Below the pieces are notes generated by a model. That model was not told where the DNA came from. It made no database searches and saw nothing but the letters and a program-made list of their open reading frames with translations. A DNA stretch of 64,000 nucleotides, from NCBI GenBank assembly GCA_902569115.1, contig CACFTI010000003.1, forward strand, positions 40,406 to 104,405. Direction: 5' to 3'. The position numbers and the translations under genes are program-made. Shown here in pieces: positions 38,100 to 48,863 of this stretch; position 1 is the stretch's first letter, and each line of letters starts with the position of its first letter. The DNA is from an uncultured Verrucomicrobiota bacterium. GTDB taxonomy: Bacteria > Verrucomicrobiota > Verrucomicrobiia > Opitutales > Seribacteraceae.

Positions 38100-38503
38100 G
38101 TAGGAAAAAAGAAAGATTGCCCACTGAGCCCGTTACAGAATTTGGTTCCAATCCCTTTGGGGCCTTGGATTCAGAAGGTCTCGATTCGCTACCCACCAAG
38201 CCTTCTTCTGATGCATTACCTCGAGTAAAGGTTGCCTCTACAGAAAAGTTAGGCAGTGGAGAGCGCCTAGAGGTAAGGCGCGAAAAAAGCGGACGCGGGG
38301 GCAAGACGGTAACCACAGTCCGAGGTTTTCCATCAAGGATTACGCAAGATGACTTCAAACGAATGCTCAAAGGATTAAAGTCTAGACTCGGTACTGGAGG
38401 GGGGTGGCGTGATAACCAAATGGAAATTCAAGGTGACCAGCGAGAAGTTATCTGCGAATGGTTAACAGCCTTGGGATTTAGACCGGTCTTGGCAGGAGGT
38501 TGA
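38096..38503 (+). CDS. yciH: Translation initiation factor SUI1/YciH family
   Basis: RREKSGRGGKTVT, LK..LGTGG, IQGD; GTG start at 38096. Confidence 0.9.
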   Translation: MSRKKERLPTEPVTEFGSNPFGALDSEGLDSLPTKPSSDALPRVKVASTEKLGSGERLEVRREKSGRGGKTVTTVRGFPSRITQDDFKRMLKGLKSRLGTGGGWRDNQMEIQGDQREVICEWLTALGFRPVLAGG

Positions 38504-38510
38504 GGGCTAT

Positions 38511-38807
38511 TTAAGAAGTAGCCTGCTTTTCCTCTTCGGAGTTAACTTTTTCAGTTTCCTTATCGGAAGATGCTTTTTGATCAAAATCATGATCTTCTAT
38601 GGGCTCTTGGCTCATTACATCCTGAATATCTTGTTCCCACTCGTTTTTGGCTTTGCGGAATTCATTAACTCCTTTACCCAGTGAACGAAAAAGTTCAGGA
38701 ACTTTCTTGGCACCAAAAAGGAGAAGAACAATCAGGAAAATCAGAATTATCTCACCACCACCGAAATTTCCGATGAATGCCAAAGTGATTGGAGTGTTTG
38801 TAATCAT
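38511..38807 (-). CDS. tatA: Twin-arginine translocase TatA/E
   Basis: GGGEII....LLLFGAKKVPELFRSLGKGVNEFRK. Confidence 0.93.
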   Translation of the reverse strand: MITNTPITLAFIGNFGGGEIILIFLIVLLLFGAKKVPELFRSLGKGVNEFRKAKNEWEQDIQDVMSQEPIEDHDFDQKASSDKETEKVNSEEEKQATS

Positions 38808-38813
38808 AATAAA

Positions 38814-38842
38814 ATTCTACTTCAGCGACTATTTCTAAGCAA
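38814..38842 (-). promoter_or_regulatory. sigma70-like promoter, probably leaderless, of tatA
   Basis: TTGCTT-17 bp-TAGAAT-6 bp-ATG. Confidence 0.6.
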
Positions 38843-38880
38843 CTTTTTTGTCAAACTCTTCAAAGAATAAGTACGGGAGC

Positions 38881-40848
38881 TTACAGACCCAATTGTCGAA
38901 GAGCTTCAGGTTTTGGTTTATTTACAGAACTCTGATCGGCCTCAAAGAACCCATGCAATTGTCTTATTCGAGTCGGATGCCGCATCTTACGAAGTGCTTT
39001 GGCTTCAATCTGACGAATTCGTTCCCGAGTTACCTTGAATTGACGACCCACTTCTTCAAGAGTACGGCTGTATCCATCTTTTAATCCAAACCGTAGGGAT
39101 AGCACATTCCTTTCCCTCTCGGTGAGTGAGTCAAGGACATCAATAATTTTTTCCCGCAGTAAAGAATAAGCCGTCATGTCGTAGGGGTTTTCAGCACCTT
39201 TGTCCTCTATGAAATCACCAAAATTAGTGTCATCACTGTCACCCACTGGGCTTTGCAGAGAAATTGGCTGTTGTGCCATTTTCATTATGCTCTGGACTTT
39301 ATCCAAAGGTAATTTCATTTCTCTTGCAACTTCATCGGGAGTGGGTTCGTGACCAAGTTCCTGAAGGAGTTGCTTTTGAACCTGCATGACCTTGTTTAGG
39401 GTCTCGATCATATGGACAGGAATACGAATGGTTCGTGCCTGATCGGCAATGGATCGAGTGATTGCTTGTCGTATCCACCAAGTGGCATAGGTGGAAAACT
39501 TATAGCCTCTACGATATTCAAATTTTTCAACGGCTTTCATGAGCCCCATGTTTCCTTCTTGAATCAAATCAAGAAAAGAAAGACCACGGTTGGTGTATTT
39601 TTTTGCGATTGATATGACAAGACGAAGATTAGCCTCAACCATTTCAGTCTTTGCCTGATGGGCAAGCCTCATGTTTTTTCGCAAATCTTTTATGAGTGTC
39701 ACGAGTTCCTCTGGATCCATCCGAAATTTGGAACGGGCGACCTTTAAATCATTTTTAACTTGCTCTAATTTTACTCCTTTTCTCTTGAGTTTTGCTAAAT
39801 CTTTTTTGGAAAGTTCTAGATTATGCAAGTTTCTGGCAATGGCTTTTAATTCTGGATTTGTCTGATTAAGAAAATCTTCAAAGACTTTCAATTTAAGACA
39901 ACATTTCTTGAAAATCGGGGCCAATTCGCTTTCGTATTTAAGAAACCGAGTGGTTGACCTTTTTCTTTGGGTTGCATCGGATGCGTTTTCGATCGATATC
40001 CAAGCTTTTTTAATTTTCTGATTCAGGTCTTCTAGTGCAATTACCTGTTTGTTGAGCGATCTGAAATAAGCTTCTCTACTGTCAATTTTCTTATCCAAAA
40101 CAACGCGGTCAAAGCGTTCTTCTCTTTCGAGGAGTTTTTTACAGATTTCTAGCTGAAAATCATTGGTTAACGATACTGAGTAAATTATTTTAAGGGCAGC
40201 AGTTTCAGCAGATTCTATTCTTTTGGAAATATCAACTTCTTCTTCTCTCGATAGGAGGGGTACCTTTCCCATTTGCTTTAGATACATCCGGACAGGATCG
40301 TCAAGCATGTCGCTTTGATTAGTTTTTGCAGTTTCTTCCTCAGATTCCTCTTTGTTTTTCTTAAACTTCTCAACATCCTTTGAGTCCATTAGTTTAATCT
40401 CAAGGTTGTTGAAAATTGAGATTACATTCTGGAGTTCTTCTGGTTTGTCCGCAATTTTTGGTAGAGATTTATCTACATCTTTGTAGGTGAGGAAGCCTTG
40501 TTCACTCGATAGATGAATGAGTTCCCGTACTTTTTCTGTAACTTCATCATCCAAAGCATGTGGTTCAGCATCATTACTCACTTTGCTCGCTGCTATTTTA
40601 GATGAAGAGACTTTGGTATTGGTTTTTTTCGCAGGCGATGCAGTGCTTTTTTTGGCTGCCGTTATTTTGGGTTTAGGAGACTTGGAGGTGGTTTTGCTGA
40701 CTGATTTAGTTGAACCACTCTTGGCACTGGCGGCTTTTCGGGCAGTAGCTTTCGGTGCAGGCGTTTTCTTGGTTGGCTTTGGGGCACTTTTGGTCGCCTT
40801 GGGGCTTTTGGCTTTTGTAGCAATAGGTTTCTTTTTGGTGGTAGGCAT
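38881..40848 (-). CDS. rpoD: Primary sigma factor sigma70
   Basis: [48 protein letters not shown]; directly downstream of dnaG. Confidence 0.97.
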   Translation of the reverse strand: MPTTKKKPIATKAKSPKATKSAPKPTKKTPAPKATARKAASAKSGSTKSVSKTTSKSPKPKITAAKKSTASPAKKTNTKVSSSKIAASKVSNDAEPHALDDEVTEKVRELIHLSSEQGFLTYKDVDKSLPKIADKPEELQNVISIFNNLEIKLMDSKDVEKFKKNKEESEEETAKTNQSDMLDDPVRMYLKQMGKVPLLSREEEVDISKRIESAETAALKIIYSVSLTNDFQLEICKKLLEREERFDRVVLDKKIDSREAYFRSLNKQVIALEDLNQKIKKAWISIENASDATQRKRSTTRFLKYESELAPIFKKCCLKLKVFEDFLNQTNPELKAIARNLHNLELSKKDLAKLKRKGVKLEQVKNDLKVARSKFRMDPEELVTLIKDLRKNMRLAHQAKTEMVEANLRLVISIAKKYTNRGLSFLDLIQEGNMGLMKAVEKFEYRRGYKFSTYATWWIRQAITRSIADQARTIRIPVHMIETLNKVMQVQKQLLQELGHEPTPDEVAREMKLPLDKVQSIMKMAQQPISLQSPVGDSDDTNFGDFIEDKGAENPYDMTAYSLLREKIIDVLDSLTERERNVLSLRFGLKDGYSRTLEEVGRQFKVTRERIRQIEAKALRKMRHPTRIRQLHGFFEADQSSVNKPKPEALRQLGL

Positions 40849-40849
40849 T

Positions 40850-42700
40850 TTAATATGAGGACTCTAGCTCAGTTTCTAAAATTTGTGGGGGATTTGTTTG
40901 AGAGGATCTTATTTCTTTTAATTTAATTCGTAATTCTGACGAGTTACTGGACTCATCCTGCATGGCATGGAGAAGCTTTTTTTCTGTTTTCCGAGAACTT
41001 CTTTTAACGAAAGCAGAAATGCATTGGTTAGCCAGATCAACGAGATCGGTCTCGTCATCCGAATTTTGGTAGAGAAGATTTTGGAAAAGGAATCGTTCTT
41101 GATCGTCTTCCAGGAGCTCTTCCATCTCAGAAACATTGAGCGGACCGTCTGCAGCAATTTCAGCGAGTAGTTTAGCGAGTATGTGCCCAGCAACGACCTT
41201 TGTGTCAAGCCACGAAGGTTCAATAACTTGTGCAAGCGAGTTACCGAGGCGAACATCATGCAAAAGGCAATAAAGTAAGTCATCTTCCGCAGTTGTCAAT
41301 CGTTCTGTACCACTTACTGAAATCTTTTCCGTGAAGGGTGTTACTGACTTTTGTTGGTAGGCTGGTCTTCTTGTTTTAAAAAACTTTTGAAAATCAGTTT
41401 TTACTGATTGCGGAGAAATTTCAAGAACCCGGGATAATTCATTCAGATATGAATCACGCATGACCAGCGATTCCATGTCGGCAAGCGCCGGGAAAAAGAA
41501 ATCGCTTGCCCGTCGCTTTTCAAGAGGAGTGGGAGTTTTACTGAGCATTTTGCTGCAAACATAATTAATCGCTGGTTGTCCTTGTTGGATGATTTCAGAA
41601 AGGGCGTCTTTGCCATGTTTAACTAAAATCTGATCAGGGTCTGATCCTTCAGGCAAGGTTGCAAAATGAGCATCCAACCCAGTCTGAAGAAAAATGGGGA
41701 CATAAGACATTGCTGCTTTTTGACCAGCTTCATCTCCATCAAGTAGGCAAACGACTCTTCGGGGATTGGCCTTTCTCAGAAGTTCAGCTTGGCTTTGTTT
41801 GAAAGCGGTACCCTGCGGGGCGACTACAGTTTTTAATCCCTTTAGATAGCAACGTATGGCATCAAGTTGTCCTTCTACCAGAATGAAATCCTTTTGCTCA
41901 TTAATTTCTTTGTTTGCCAAGTGAAAGTTAAACAGTAGTTGTCCTTTAGAAAAAATTGGAGTTTCGGGTGAGTTGATATATTTTGGTGCTTTTTTATCTC
42001 CCCATTCTGGAGTAACAAGTAGCTTTCTTCCGGTGAACCCACATATCCTACCCAATTTCTCTCTGATTGGAATCATGAGTCTACCACAGAAAATAGATAC
42101 CCAGTCCTTATTACCTTTCCTTGCATAAAATAATCCGGATTTTTCGAGAAGCACTTCCGGGAAACCCTTTTGGCTAAGATAGTTTCCAAGTGCGAATCGG
42201 CCGACAGGAGCAAACCCCACTCCAAATTCTGCAGCATCGTCTTCTGAAAATCCTCTTTCCTTAACCCAATATTCTAAAGCTTTTCGATTATCGGTTTCAT
42301 CTTTTTTAAATTGTTCTCGGAACCAGTTTTTGGTGACTTCATGAATCTCGAAGAGTCCTTTTCTCAGAGACTGACTCCCCGATTGGTGTTGGGATGAACC
42401 TTCTTGGAAACGGAGAGGAATGTTGAATTCACGAGACAGGTATTCAATTGCCTCATAAAACTCCAAGTTTTCCATTTTCTGAATAAATGTTATGCCATCC
42501 CCTTTTTCTCCAGAACTAAAACAATTAAAAAAACCTTTTTGAGGATGAACATAAAAAGAGGGCGTTTTTTCTTGATTGAAAGGACTTAGCCCCACCCAAC
42601 TTGATCCACTTTTCTTTAATTGCACATAGCGACTGACAAGATCATAGAGGTCAATCCTGTCCTTTAAATCAGAGACAAAACCATCTGCTAGTCTAGGCAT
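40850..42700 (-). CDS. dnaG: DNA primase
   Basis: [36 protein letters not shown]. Confidence 0.95.
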   Translation of the reverse strand: MPRLADGFVSDLKDRIDLYDLVSRYVQLKKSGSSWVGLSPFNQEKTPSFYVHPQKGFFNCFSSGEKGDGITFIQKMENLEFYEAIEYLSREFNIPLRFQEGSSQHQSGSQSLRKGLFEIHEVTKNWFREQFKKDETDNRKALEYWVKERGFSEDDAAEFGVGFAPVGRFALGNYLSQKGFPEVLLEKSGLFYARKGNKDWVSIFCGRLMIPIREKLGRICGFTGRKLLVTPEWGDKKAPKYINSPETPIFSKGQLLFNFHLANKEINEQKDFILVEGQLDAIRCYLKGLKTVVAPQGTAFKQSQAELLRKANPRRVVCLLDGDEAGQKAAMSYVPIFLQTGLDAHFATLPEGSDPDQILVKHGKDALSEIIQQGQPAINYVCSKMLSKTPTPLEKRRASDFFFPALADMESLVMRDSYLNELSRVLEISPQSVKTDFQKFFKTRRPAYQQKSVTPFTEKISVSGTERLTTAEDDLLYCLLHDVRLGNSLAQVIEPSWLDTKVVAGHILAKLLAEIAADGPLNVSEMEELLEDDQERFLFQNLLYQNSDDETDLVDLANQCISAFVKRSSRKTEKKLLHAMQDESSNSSELRIKLKEIRSSQTNPPQILETELESSY

Positions 42701-42706
42701 CTGGGC

Positions 42707-44224
42707 TCAGGGTTCTCCCAGTTTTAGCAATTCTAATTTTGCACGTTTGTGTATGGCACTACTCTCCGATGAAAGATCCATGACCTGACGGTATAAAATC
42801 CCCGCTGTTACGGGCATTCTCTCAATTAGGTGATATCTTCTGGCGAGTTCCCAAACCAAATCAATTGTATTGGGGAACTGCTCGCGTGCACTCTCAAGTT
42901 CTTCCAGATATCTTTTCGGATCGAGTGTTTCCCTGGCAACCCGTAGATAATCCATTCTAATATCAATGTTTTCCTGATCATGTCTCAAAGCCTCGAGAAT
43001 GGTCATTTCAGCTTCCTTCGTTTCTCCTAGTTGATAGTGTGCCTGTGAACAAAGTCTCCATGCTTGAGCGTCTTTGGGATTATTTTTAATTGCAGATCTA
43101 GCAAATTGAATAGTTTCATTATATTGGCGGTTTAAAAATGACTGTCTCGCAAGCCCAAGATTATCTTGATCTTGAGTGTTAGGATTTGGTTGGGGCGCAA
43201 ATGCGGATGCTAAGCTTGTGATTTGATCATTTTCGATTGTTTCATCTGAACTAGTAAGCAGGGCACTGGGTGGTATTTTTGATAAGGCTATGACCGGCTC
43301 ATTAACGGGAGCAACCGGCGTTAGCAGGAAAGCCGCCAGTTCTGTGATGTTGAGACCTTCAGTTTGAACGCCTCTGCTAATAAAATCCGCCAATCTTCTT
43401 TGCTTAAGAATTACGGCAGCTTCTTTGTCGAGATCAGTTTCTTCGATAGTGCCTGGATGACTTTTCTCAATGGCAAGAATCAATGACTCTGCCTTTTGGT
43501 TCTCTTTTTCCATCAATCTTATTCGAAGAAGACCAAGGAGAGGCTCCGGTTGTACGCCCTCTATTTTACGTGAAGCTTCTTGGTACCAAAATTCTGCCTG
43601 TTGAGTGAGTTTCTTGGAATAAAAAAGATCAGCCATCATGATACAGTCATCATAAGTTGACTTCTCAGAGCCTTTGGAAAAGGCATTCAATGCCTCCGTA
43701 TCTTTTCCATTCAAAGCATAAAGCCGTGCGATTCTAAGCCAAATTTCCTCATCTCCTGAATTATCGGATAAATAGCTGTTATATCTGGAGATTGCAGACT
43801 TAAAGTCGCCTGCATATTCATAAGCAAGTCCGGATTCTCGGTATACAGAACTACTACTTTTGATGGAATTAACTTGATCGAAGCGAAAAGCCGCGAGTTC
43901 GAATTGTTTTGATTCAAAGAGTGCTCTGGCTAATTGGAGGAGTACTTCAGGCGTATTCGGATAAGTTTGATTAAGTTGTCTCAAGAGTCGGATAGCCTCG
44001 TCTGAGTTTCCTTCGATTCGTTTTTCAATAGCTTTGGCCAGATCAGGGCTTTCTGTTGTGGGAATCGCTGGGGGCTTTTGGGTATTGGTCTCTTTTTCAA
44101 CTTCCTTTGAGCAATGTATACAAAATAGAAGTCCGGTCCACAGAAGCGCTTTTGAAGAACGGCAAAGAGTTGCAAAGAATAGCTTTTGGAGATTAGGTGG
44201 AGTTTTCTGAAGAAATGCTGACAA
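42707..44224 (-). CDS. Tetratricopeptide-repeat protein, probable lipoprotein (start uncertain)
   Basis: Multiple TPR-like helical repeats; LLFCIHC lipobox-like segment; nearest upstream start is TTG at 44224. Confidence 0.75.
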   Translation of the reverse strand: MSAFLQKTPPNLQKLFFATLCRSSKALLWTGLLFCIHCSKEVEKETNTQKPPAIPTTESPDLAKAIEKRIEGNSDEAIRLLRQLNQTYPNTPEVLLQLARALFESKQFELAAFRFDQVNSIKSSSSVYRESGLAYEYAGDFKSAISRYNSYLSDNSGDEEIWLRIARLYALNGKDTEALNAFSKGSEKSTYDDCIMMADLFYSKKLTQQAEFWYQEASRKIEGVQPEPLLGLLRIRLMEKENQKAESLILAIEKSHPGTIEETDLDKEAAVILKQRRLADFISRGVQTEGLNITELAAFLLTPVAPVNEPVIALSKIPPSALLTSSDETIENDQITSLASAFAPQPNPNTQDQDNLGLARQSFLNRQYNETIQFARSAIKNNPKDAQAWRLCSQAHYQLGETKEAEMTILEALRHDQENIDIRMDYLRVARETLDPKRYLEELESAREQFPNTIDLVWELARRYHLIERMPVTAGILYRQVMDLSSESSAIHKRAKLELLKLGEP

Positions 44225-45243
44225 ACTTGGCCATACCCCTGATGCTTTTAATTTCGAATCCCAAAGATTCTGATGTCGGTGTTGATGTAAATTCGTCAAT
44301 TGATGATGTGGGTATAAATGAGGTGTTCTTGGCTGCCGTTGATAACAATGGGAAATCTTATCATTGGGACAAGATCCTTCCTCTATTTGAAAGAGAAAAT
44401 GCACTTGATATCAAGCCCACTTTTTATCCAGAGATATCAATTAAGGTCGAAACCCACTTTGCTCCCGGAATTTGTACTTCTGTAAATCTTGTCAGGGAGC
44501 TTGTGGTTTGGCTTCGGAGCAAGGGGTACTCCAAAGATAAAATTACTATATTTGATCATAAACGTCAGGGGTTAGTGGCGGCAGGATTTTTAACAGAAGA
44601 TCCAAATGATCACTTTTTTGAAGGTGTGAGGGTTTTCGATTCATCCACAAAAGAATACTTTCAGAGTGATTGGTTTCACGAAAGTCCCCTGCCTCCAACT
44701 TCTTTCGATCGGGCGAAATTTGTCTTAAAATTTCCGAATAATCTATTTCTTCGAACTCAGGAAGAAAGAAGGAGTTACCTTCCTGCAAAAGTTTTGGGCG
44801 ATGTATTTTGGATAAATTTGGCTGTTCCGATGGATGATCCTTTTTTGGGAATTGATGGAGCTTCCGCAAATATGACATTAGGTGCCATGTCAAATTATGG
44901 AAGATTTTCAAACAAGACCACTCTGTCTGCTGCAACTGTTACTGAAGTGTTGGCTATACCGGAAATCTGGGAAAAGAAACTTTTTTCAATATTGGACTTT
45001 TCCACATTTCAGGTTGCGAACGGGCAGCGGTATGACTCTTTCTATGCGTCAAATCAAAATGCGATTTTCATTGGTAGAAATCCCTTTGTATTGGATTACT
45101 ACGCCTGGAAAATTATCAATAAAGAACGCAAACTGAAGCATGGTTTACAAGAGCGCTTCATTGCCGATTCTTTGCTATTTAAATACGCCAAGGAACTCGG
45201 GCTTGGGGATACAGCTAAATTCAATGCCAAAAGAATCAGGTAG
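44215..45243 (+). CDS. DUF362-like domain protein
   Basis: ISIK..T, LV.ELV..L...G, INLAVP, NMTLGA.SN, LDYYAW pattern; start uncertain. Confidence 0.6.
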   Translation: MLTNLAIPLMLLISNPKDSDVGVDVNSSIDDVGINEVFLAAVDNNGKSYHWDKILPLFERENALDIKPTFYPEISIKVETHFAPGICTSVNLVRELVVWLRSKGYSKDKITIFDHKRQGLVAAGFLTEDPNDHFFEGVRVFDSSTKEYFQSDWFHESPLPPTSFDRAKFVLKFPNNLFLRTQEERRSYLPAKVLGDVFWINLAVPMDDPFLGIDGASANMTLGAMSNYGRFSNKTTLSAATVTEVLAIPEIWEKKLFSILDFSTFQVANGQRYDSFYASNQNAIFIGRNPFVLDYYAWKIINKERKLKHGLQERFIADSLLFKYAKELGLGDTAKFNAKRIR

Positions 45244-45250
45244 AGCAAAG

Positions 45251-46516
45251 ATGAAAGAATTTAAGATTTTATCATTCTTTTGTATTCTTATTTTATCCTC
45301 ACTTTTCAATGACTTAAATGGGACTGGCTGGCCAAATTGGTTGGGCCCAAATTATAATGGTGCAATTGAAGAAAAAAATACAATTAATGAGAGTGCTCAA
45401 ATCGAATTGGAAGCAAAATGGGAAGTGCCTGTCGGGGCAGGGTGGTCATCTCCGATTATTTCTAACCAAAAAGTTTTCCTTCATGACCGAACCGGAAATA
45501 AAGAGAATTTGACTGCCTATCACTTGGATTCAGGTAAACAGGTTTGGCAAACATCTTTTGATTCTCAGTTTAGGGATGATTTTGGGATGGAAAACGGTCC
45601 GCGATCAACCCCCTCTGTTTACAAGGACACGATCCTTATTCATAGTCCAGATGGCCTTGTTCATGCATTGGTCGTGAGAACTGGTGAGACCATATGGTCA
45701 AGGGATTTATCAAGCGATTTGAATTCTGCTAAAGGTTTTTTTGGAAGATGTTCCTCCCCTTTAATCCTCGATAAAAAAGTCATTTTTGATGTAGGCGGTA
45801 GTGGCGTAGGTTTGGTTGCCCTCTCAGTTGAAACAGGGGAGACGCTATGGAAAAGCAAAGCTTATGGGAATGACTACGCATCTGTAGTGCCTTTGGAGGT
45901 TGGGTCTTCCCAATTAGTTGCAGCATTTATGCGTGAAGGATTGGTTGTAGTGGATTCGGTTAATGGAAAAGAGGTGTTTTTTGATAGTTTTCAATCTCCG
46001 ATTAATGCGTCGGTAAATGCCGCAAGTCCCTTGATACTCAAAAACGGGATATTTTTGTCATCCTGCTATGAAGTGGGAGCTGGTTTCTGGAGTTTTCTTA
46101 AAACGGGTAAAAGGGGTGAAGTAGGTTTTAAACCTGTCTGGAAAAATCGTGGTAGAATGGATTGTCATTATTCTACTCCTGTTGCTTACGGTAACTATTT
46201 ATTTGGGTTCCATGGCAGGCAGGAGCGTGGGGCGAATTTACGTTGTATAAAGTTATCAGATGGTAAGTTGGAATGGAGTGATGATTCAGTCGCAATGGGA
46301 CACTTAATTCGTGTTGGCGAACGAATTTTATGCATTTCTGAAAACGGTGAGTTTGTAGTTTTTTCAGCTTCCAATGATTCATTTAAACCGATTTTGCGCC
46401 AACAGGTCTTAGGTTCAGGACGTGCCCACTTTGCATATTCCAATGGCAATATTATAGCACGAGATAAGCGCAGAATGAGATGCTTGGATATGGTTTCTGC
46501 TAGGGTAGGGAAATAA
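45251..46516 (+). CDS. PQQ-binding-like beta-propeller protein (PVC type)
   Basis: WPNWLGP, GWSSP, GPRSTP, repeated G...W docking motifs. Confidence 0.85.
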   Translation: MKEFKILSFFCILILSSLFNDLNGTGWPNWLGPNYNGAIEEKNTINESAQIELEAKWEVPVGAGWSSPIISNQKVFLHDRTGNKENLTAYHLDSGKQVWQTSFDSQFRDDFGMENGPRSTPSVYKDTILIHSPDGLVHALVVRTGETIWSRDLSSDLNSAKGFFGRCSSPLILDKKVIFDVGGSGVGLVALSVETGETLWKSKAYGNDYASVVPLEVGSSQLVAAFMREGLVVVDSVNGKEVFFDSFQSPINASVNAASPLILKNGIFLSSCYEVGAGFWSFLKTGKRGEVGFKPVWKNRGRMDCHYSTPVAYGNYLFGFHGRQERGANLRCIKLSDGKLEWSDDSVAMGHLIRVGERILCISENGEFVVFSASNDSFKPILRQQVLGSGRAHFAYSNGNIIARDKRRMRCLDMVSARVGK

Positions 46517-46558
46517 GCGAAAGCATCTGGGTTCCTAAATAAATGCCTTTTGCATCAA

Positions 46559-48001
46559 TTATTTTTTAGATGCAAATTGGGGGAAGGTAACCGTTAGGTC
46601 CAAAGAATCTTCCATGCTTTTTTGTAGTTCGAGTAAGCGTGGAAATAATTTTGATATTATAGCTTTTCCTTTTTTTGATGTGGCTATGTCATTCGTTTCA
46701 AGAGGATCGCTATCAATGTCATACGCACGAATAGTGGGGACATTCGGGTAAACTAGGATCTTTTCATTTCCCACTGTGATTGATCTTTGTGCGTCTAAAT
46801 ATGCTCCATAAATTTCTTTATAAGGAGGTTTGGGTTTCTTGCTAATCACCAAAGGCATTATGTCGTTAAATTGGACATGTTTTGGCTTTTCCACTCCTGC
46901 AATTGCAAGCGTGCTTGGCATGACATCCTGAAGATAGATTGGTGCTGAAATCTTTTTGTTTTTTGGGACTCCCGGACCACACACTATGAACGGCACCCTC
47001 GTGCTATGTTCGTACAAATTTTGTTTGCCCAATAGTCCATGATGGCCCACTCCCAATCCGTGGTCAGCGGTAAAAAAGATGTAGGTATCTTTTTCCATGC
47101 CGGAAGATTTAAGCCCATCGAGGATTCGTCCGATTTGTTCATCCATATGGGTTATAATCGCATAATACTCCTGACGGTTAACTTTGATTGAATGCTTAGT
47201 TCTGGGCATTGGAGCCAACCATTCATCTCGAAGTTTGTGAGGGCATTTGATCTCGTCTTTATAGGGATATTCAGGTAGAAAACTCTTAGGGATTTGAATT
47301 CGTTTTAACGGATATCGATCTATGAATTCTTTGGGGGCTTGTCTTGGGTCATGGGGGGCATTAAATGCGACATAAGCAAAAAATGGAGCCTTTTTTTGAT
47401 GTTTTTTTGCTTCTTCAAAAAAGAACAAAGCGTCCTCTGCAATCACTTCGCTCCAGTGTTTCCCTCCCTTCCAAAAGCCTTCGAATTTTCGATCGTAGGG
47501 ACTCCACGGGTCAGGTTTGTTCGGAAGGGGGCGATTATATCCCTCGGGGGTTTGGTTTGGCATCCCTCCTCTAACATTGCGAACCAAGTCAAAACTTTCT
47601 TCCGCCTTTGCTCGTACATGCCATTTGCCTGTCATGTAAGTTTCGTATCCAGCTTTCTTCATGTATTCAGACCACCAACGCCCTGCAATTCTCTCTTCCT
47701 CTGCTTTTTTAGAAGCTTTTTCTGCTTCCCAGAGAAACCTGCCAGTATTCAGCATATGTCTACTTGCAACGCAGACAGCACCACTCCACGAACCCATATT
47801 GTAAGCTCGGGTAAAACTAGTTCCGGAACTCATCAGGCGATCGAGGTGTGGTGTATCAATGTCAGTAAGTCCGAGTTCGCGAATCGTTTCGTAACATTGA
47901 TCATCTGCAAAGATGAAAAGTATGTTTGGCTTCACAGGCTTTGCCAAAAGAAGGCAAACATATGGTACGAAAGAAAAATACAACAAATTAATTAACCTCA
48001 T
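46559..48001 (-). CDS. Sulfatase (choline-sulfatase-like)
   Basis: FADDQ, CVASR, GKWH, APHDP, ADHG; signal peptide from ATG 48001. Confidence 0.9.
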   Translation of the reverse strand: MRLINLLYFSFVPYVCLLLAKPVKPNILFIFADDQCYETIRELGLTDIDTPHLDRLMSSGTSFTRAYNMGSWSGAVCVASRHMLNTGRFLWEAEKASKKAEEERIAGRWWSEYMKKAGYETYMTGKWHVRAKAEESFDLVRNVRGGMPNQTPEGYNRPLPNKPDPWSPYDRKFEGFWKGGKHWSEVIAEDALFFFEEAKKHQKKAPFFAYVAFNAPHDPRQAPKEFIDRYPLKRIQIPKSFLPEYPYKDEIKCPHKLRDEWLAPMPRTKHSIKVNRQEYYAIITHMDEQIGRILDGLKSSGMEKDTYIFFTADHGLGVGHHGLLGKQNLYEHSTRVPFIVCGPGVPKNKKISAPIYLQDVMPSTLAIAGVEKPKHVQFNDIMPLVISKKPKPPYKEIYGAYLDAQRSITVGNEKILVYPNVPTIRAYDIDSDPLETNDIATSKKGKAIISKLFPRLLELQKSMEDSLDLTVTFPQFASKK

Positions 48002-48085
48002 AGAAATGAACCGTTTATAGTTTTCGCTGAAAAACAACGAAAATTTAAATCCTAACGAAAGAAAGTTTATCGACCAGAGTTAAAA

Positions 48086-48754
48086 TTACTTCCTGCAATC
48101 ACTCATCACCCGAAGCCAAATTTCTCGAAGATCATGCATCCGCATGATAGTTTCTTCATGATAGTTTTTAATTTTCTTGGGGTTATGATGCGTAAAAAGG
48201 CGATTAATTCTCATCGACTCATTAAGGGCTGAATGCGCTTTTTTGAAGTGACAAACTGCTAAGAGGAAATCTCCCAAATCTAGAGAGTTGGCTGCCATGA
48301 TACAGTGTTTCTCAGCATCGGCTAAGCTCACACTATATCCCCATACCAAATCAACGGAATTGTTTTCATTGTTCTTTCGCATCAACTGTTCCCATGATGC
48401 ACGCAAATAAGAAAAAAGTGCGTTGGAGGTTATGTAAATGGGATGACGATGGATTGTGTATGGATCCATACTGTTAATTTCTTCCATCTCCATGGGTTTT
48501 ACCATAGGTAGATCATTCTCATCAAAATCTATTTCATCAGCGGATGACCAATCGTCTCTTTGCCAGCCCATTAGACTGGCTGCAGCATCGAGGCGATCAT
48601 CTTGATGCTTAACTTGATTATATGAAGTAATAAATCGAGCAACTTCTTTATCTGAATTCCGAAGGAAAGCCTGCCAATCAGATTCATTCCATGCGAGGTC
48701 ACCCCCATCATCCCAATCGCCTTCGTTGCTGCCTTCGAATTCGTACTGACTCAT
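48086..48754 (-). CDS. Conserved hypothetical protein with acidic N-terminus
   Basis: 222-aa ORF with WNE.DW..FL, helical; no recognisable family. Confidence 0.7.
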   Translation of the reverse strand: MSQYEFEGSNEGDWDDGGDLAWNESDWQAFLRNSDKEVARFITSYNQVKHQDDRLDAAASLMGWQRDDWSSADEIDFDENDLPMVKPMEMEEINSMDPYTIHRHPIYITSNALFSYLRASWEQLMRKNNENNSVDLVWGYSVSLADAEKHCIMAANSLDLGDFLLAVCHFKKAHSALNESMRINRLFTHHNPKKIKNYHEETIMRMHDLREIWLRVMSDCRK

Positions 48755-48863
48755 ATAATGATTACAAAGTTGAAACAGATTCTATGAACTTGCATATGTT
48801 ATCATGTCCCGATCTTAAAAGGTCAAATTATTTATGTAAAAACTTATTTCGAAATTAAAAAGA

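Noticed and set aside
44225-44404. His/Gln-rich N-terminal extension of the TPR ORF
   Set aside because: It is the antisense reading of the DUF362-like gene and precedes the signal-peptide-like segment
47339-47995. 218-aa plus-strand ORF
   Set aside because: Entirely antisense to a well-supported sulfatase, with no recognisable motifs; a shadow ORF
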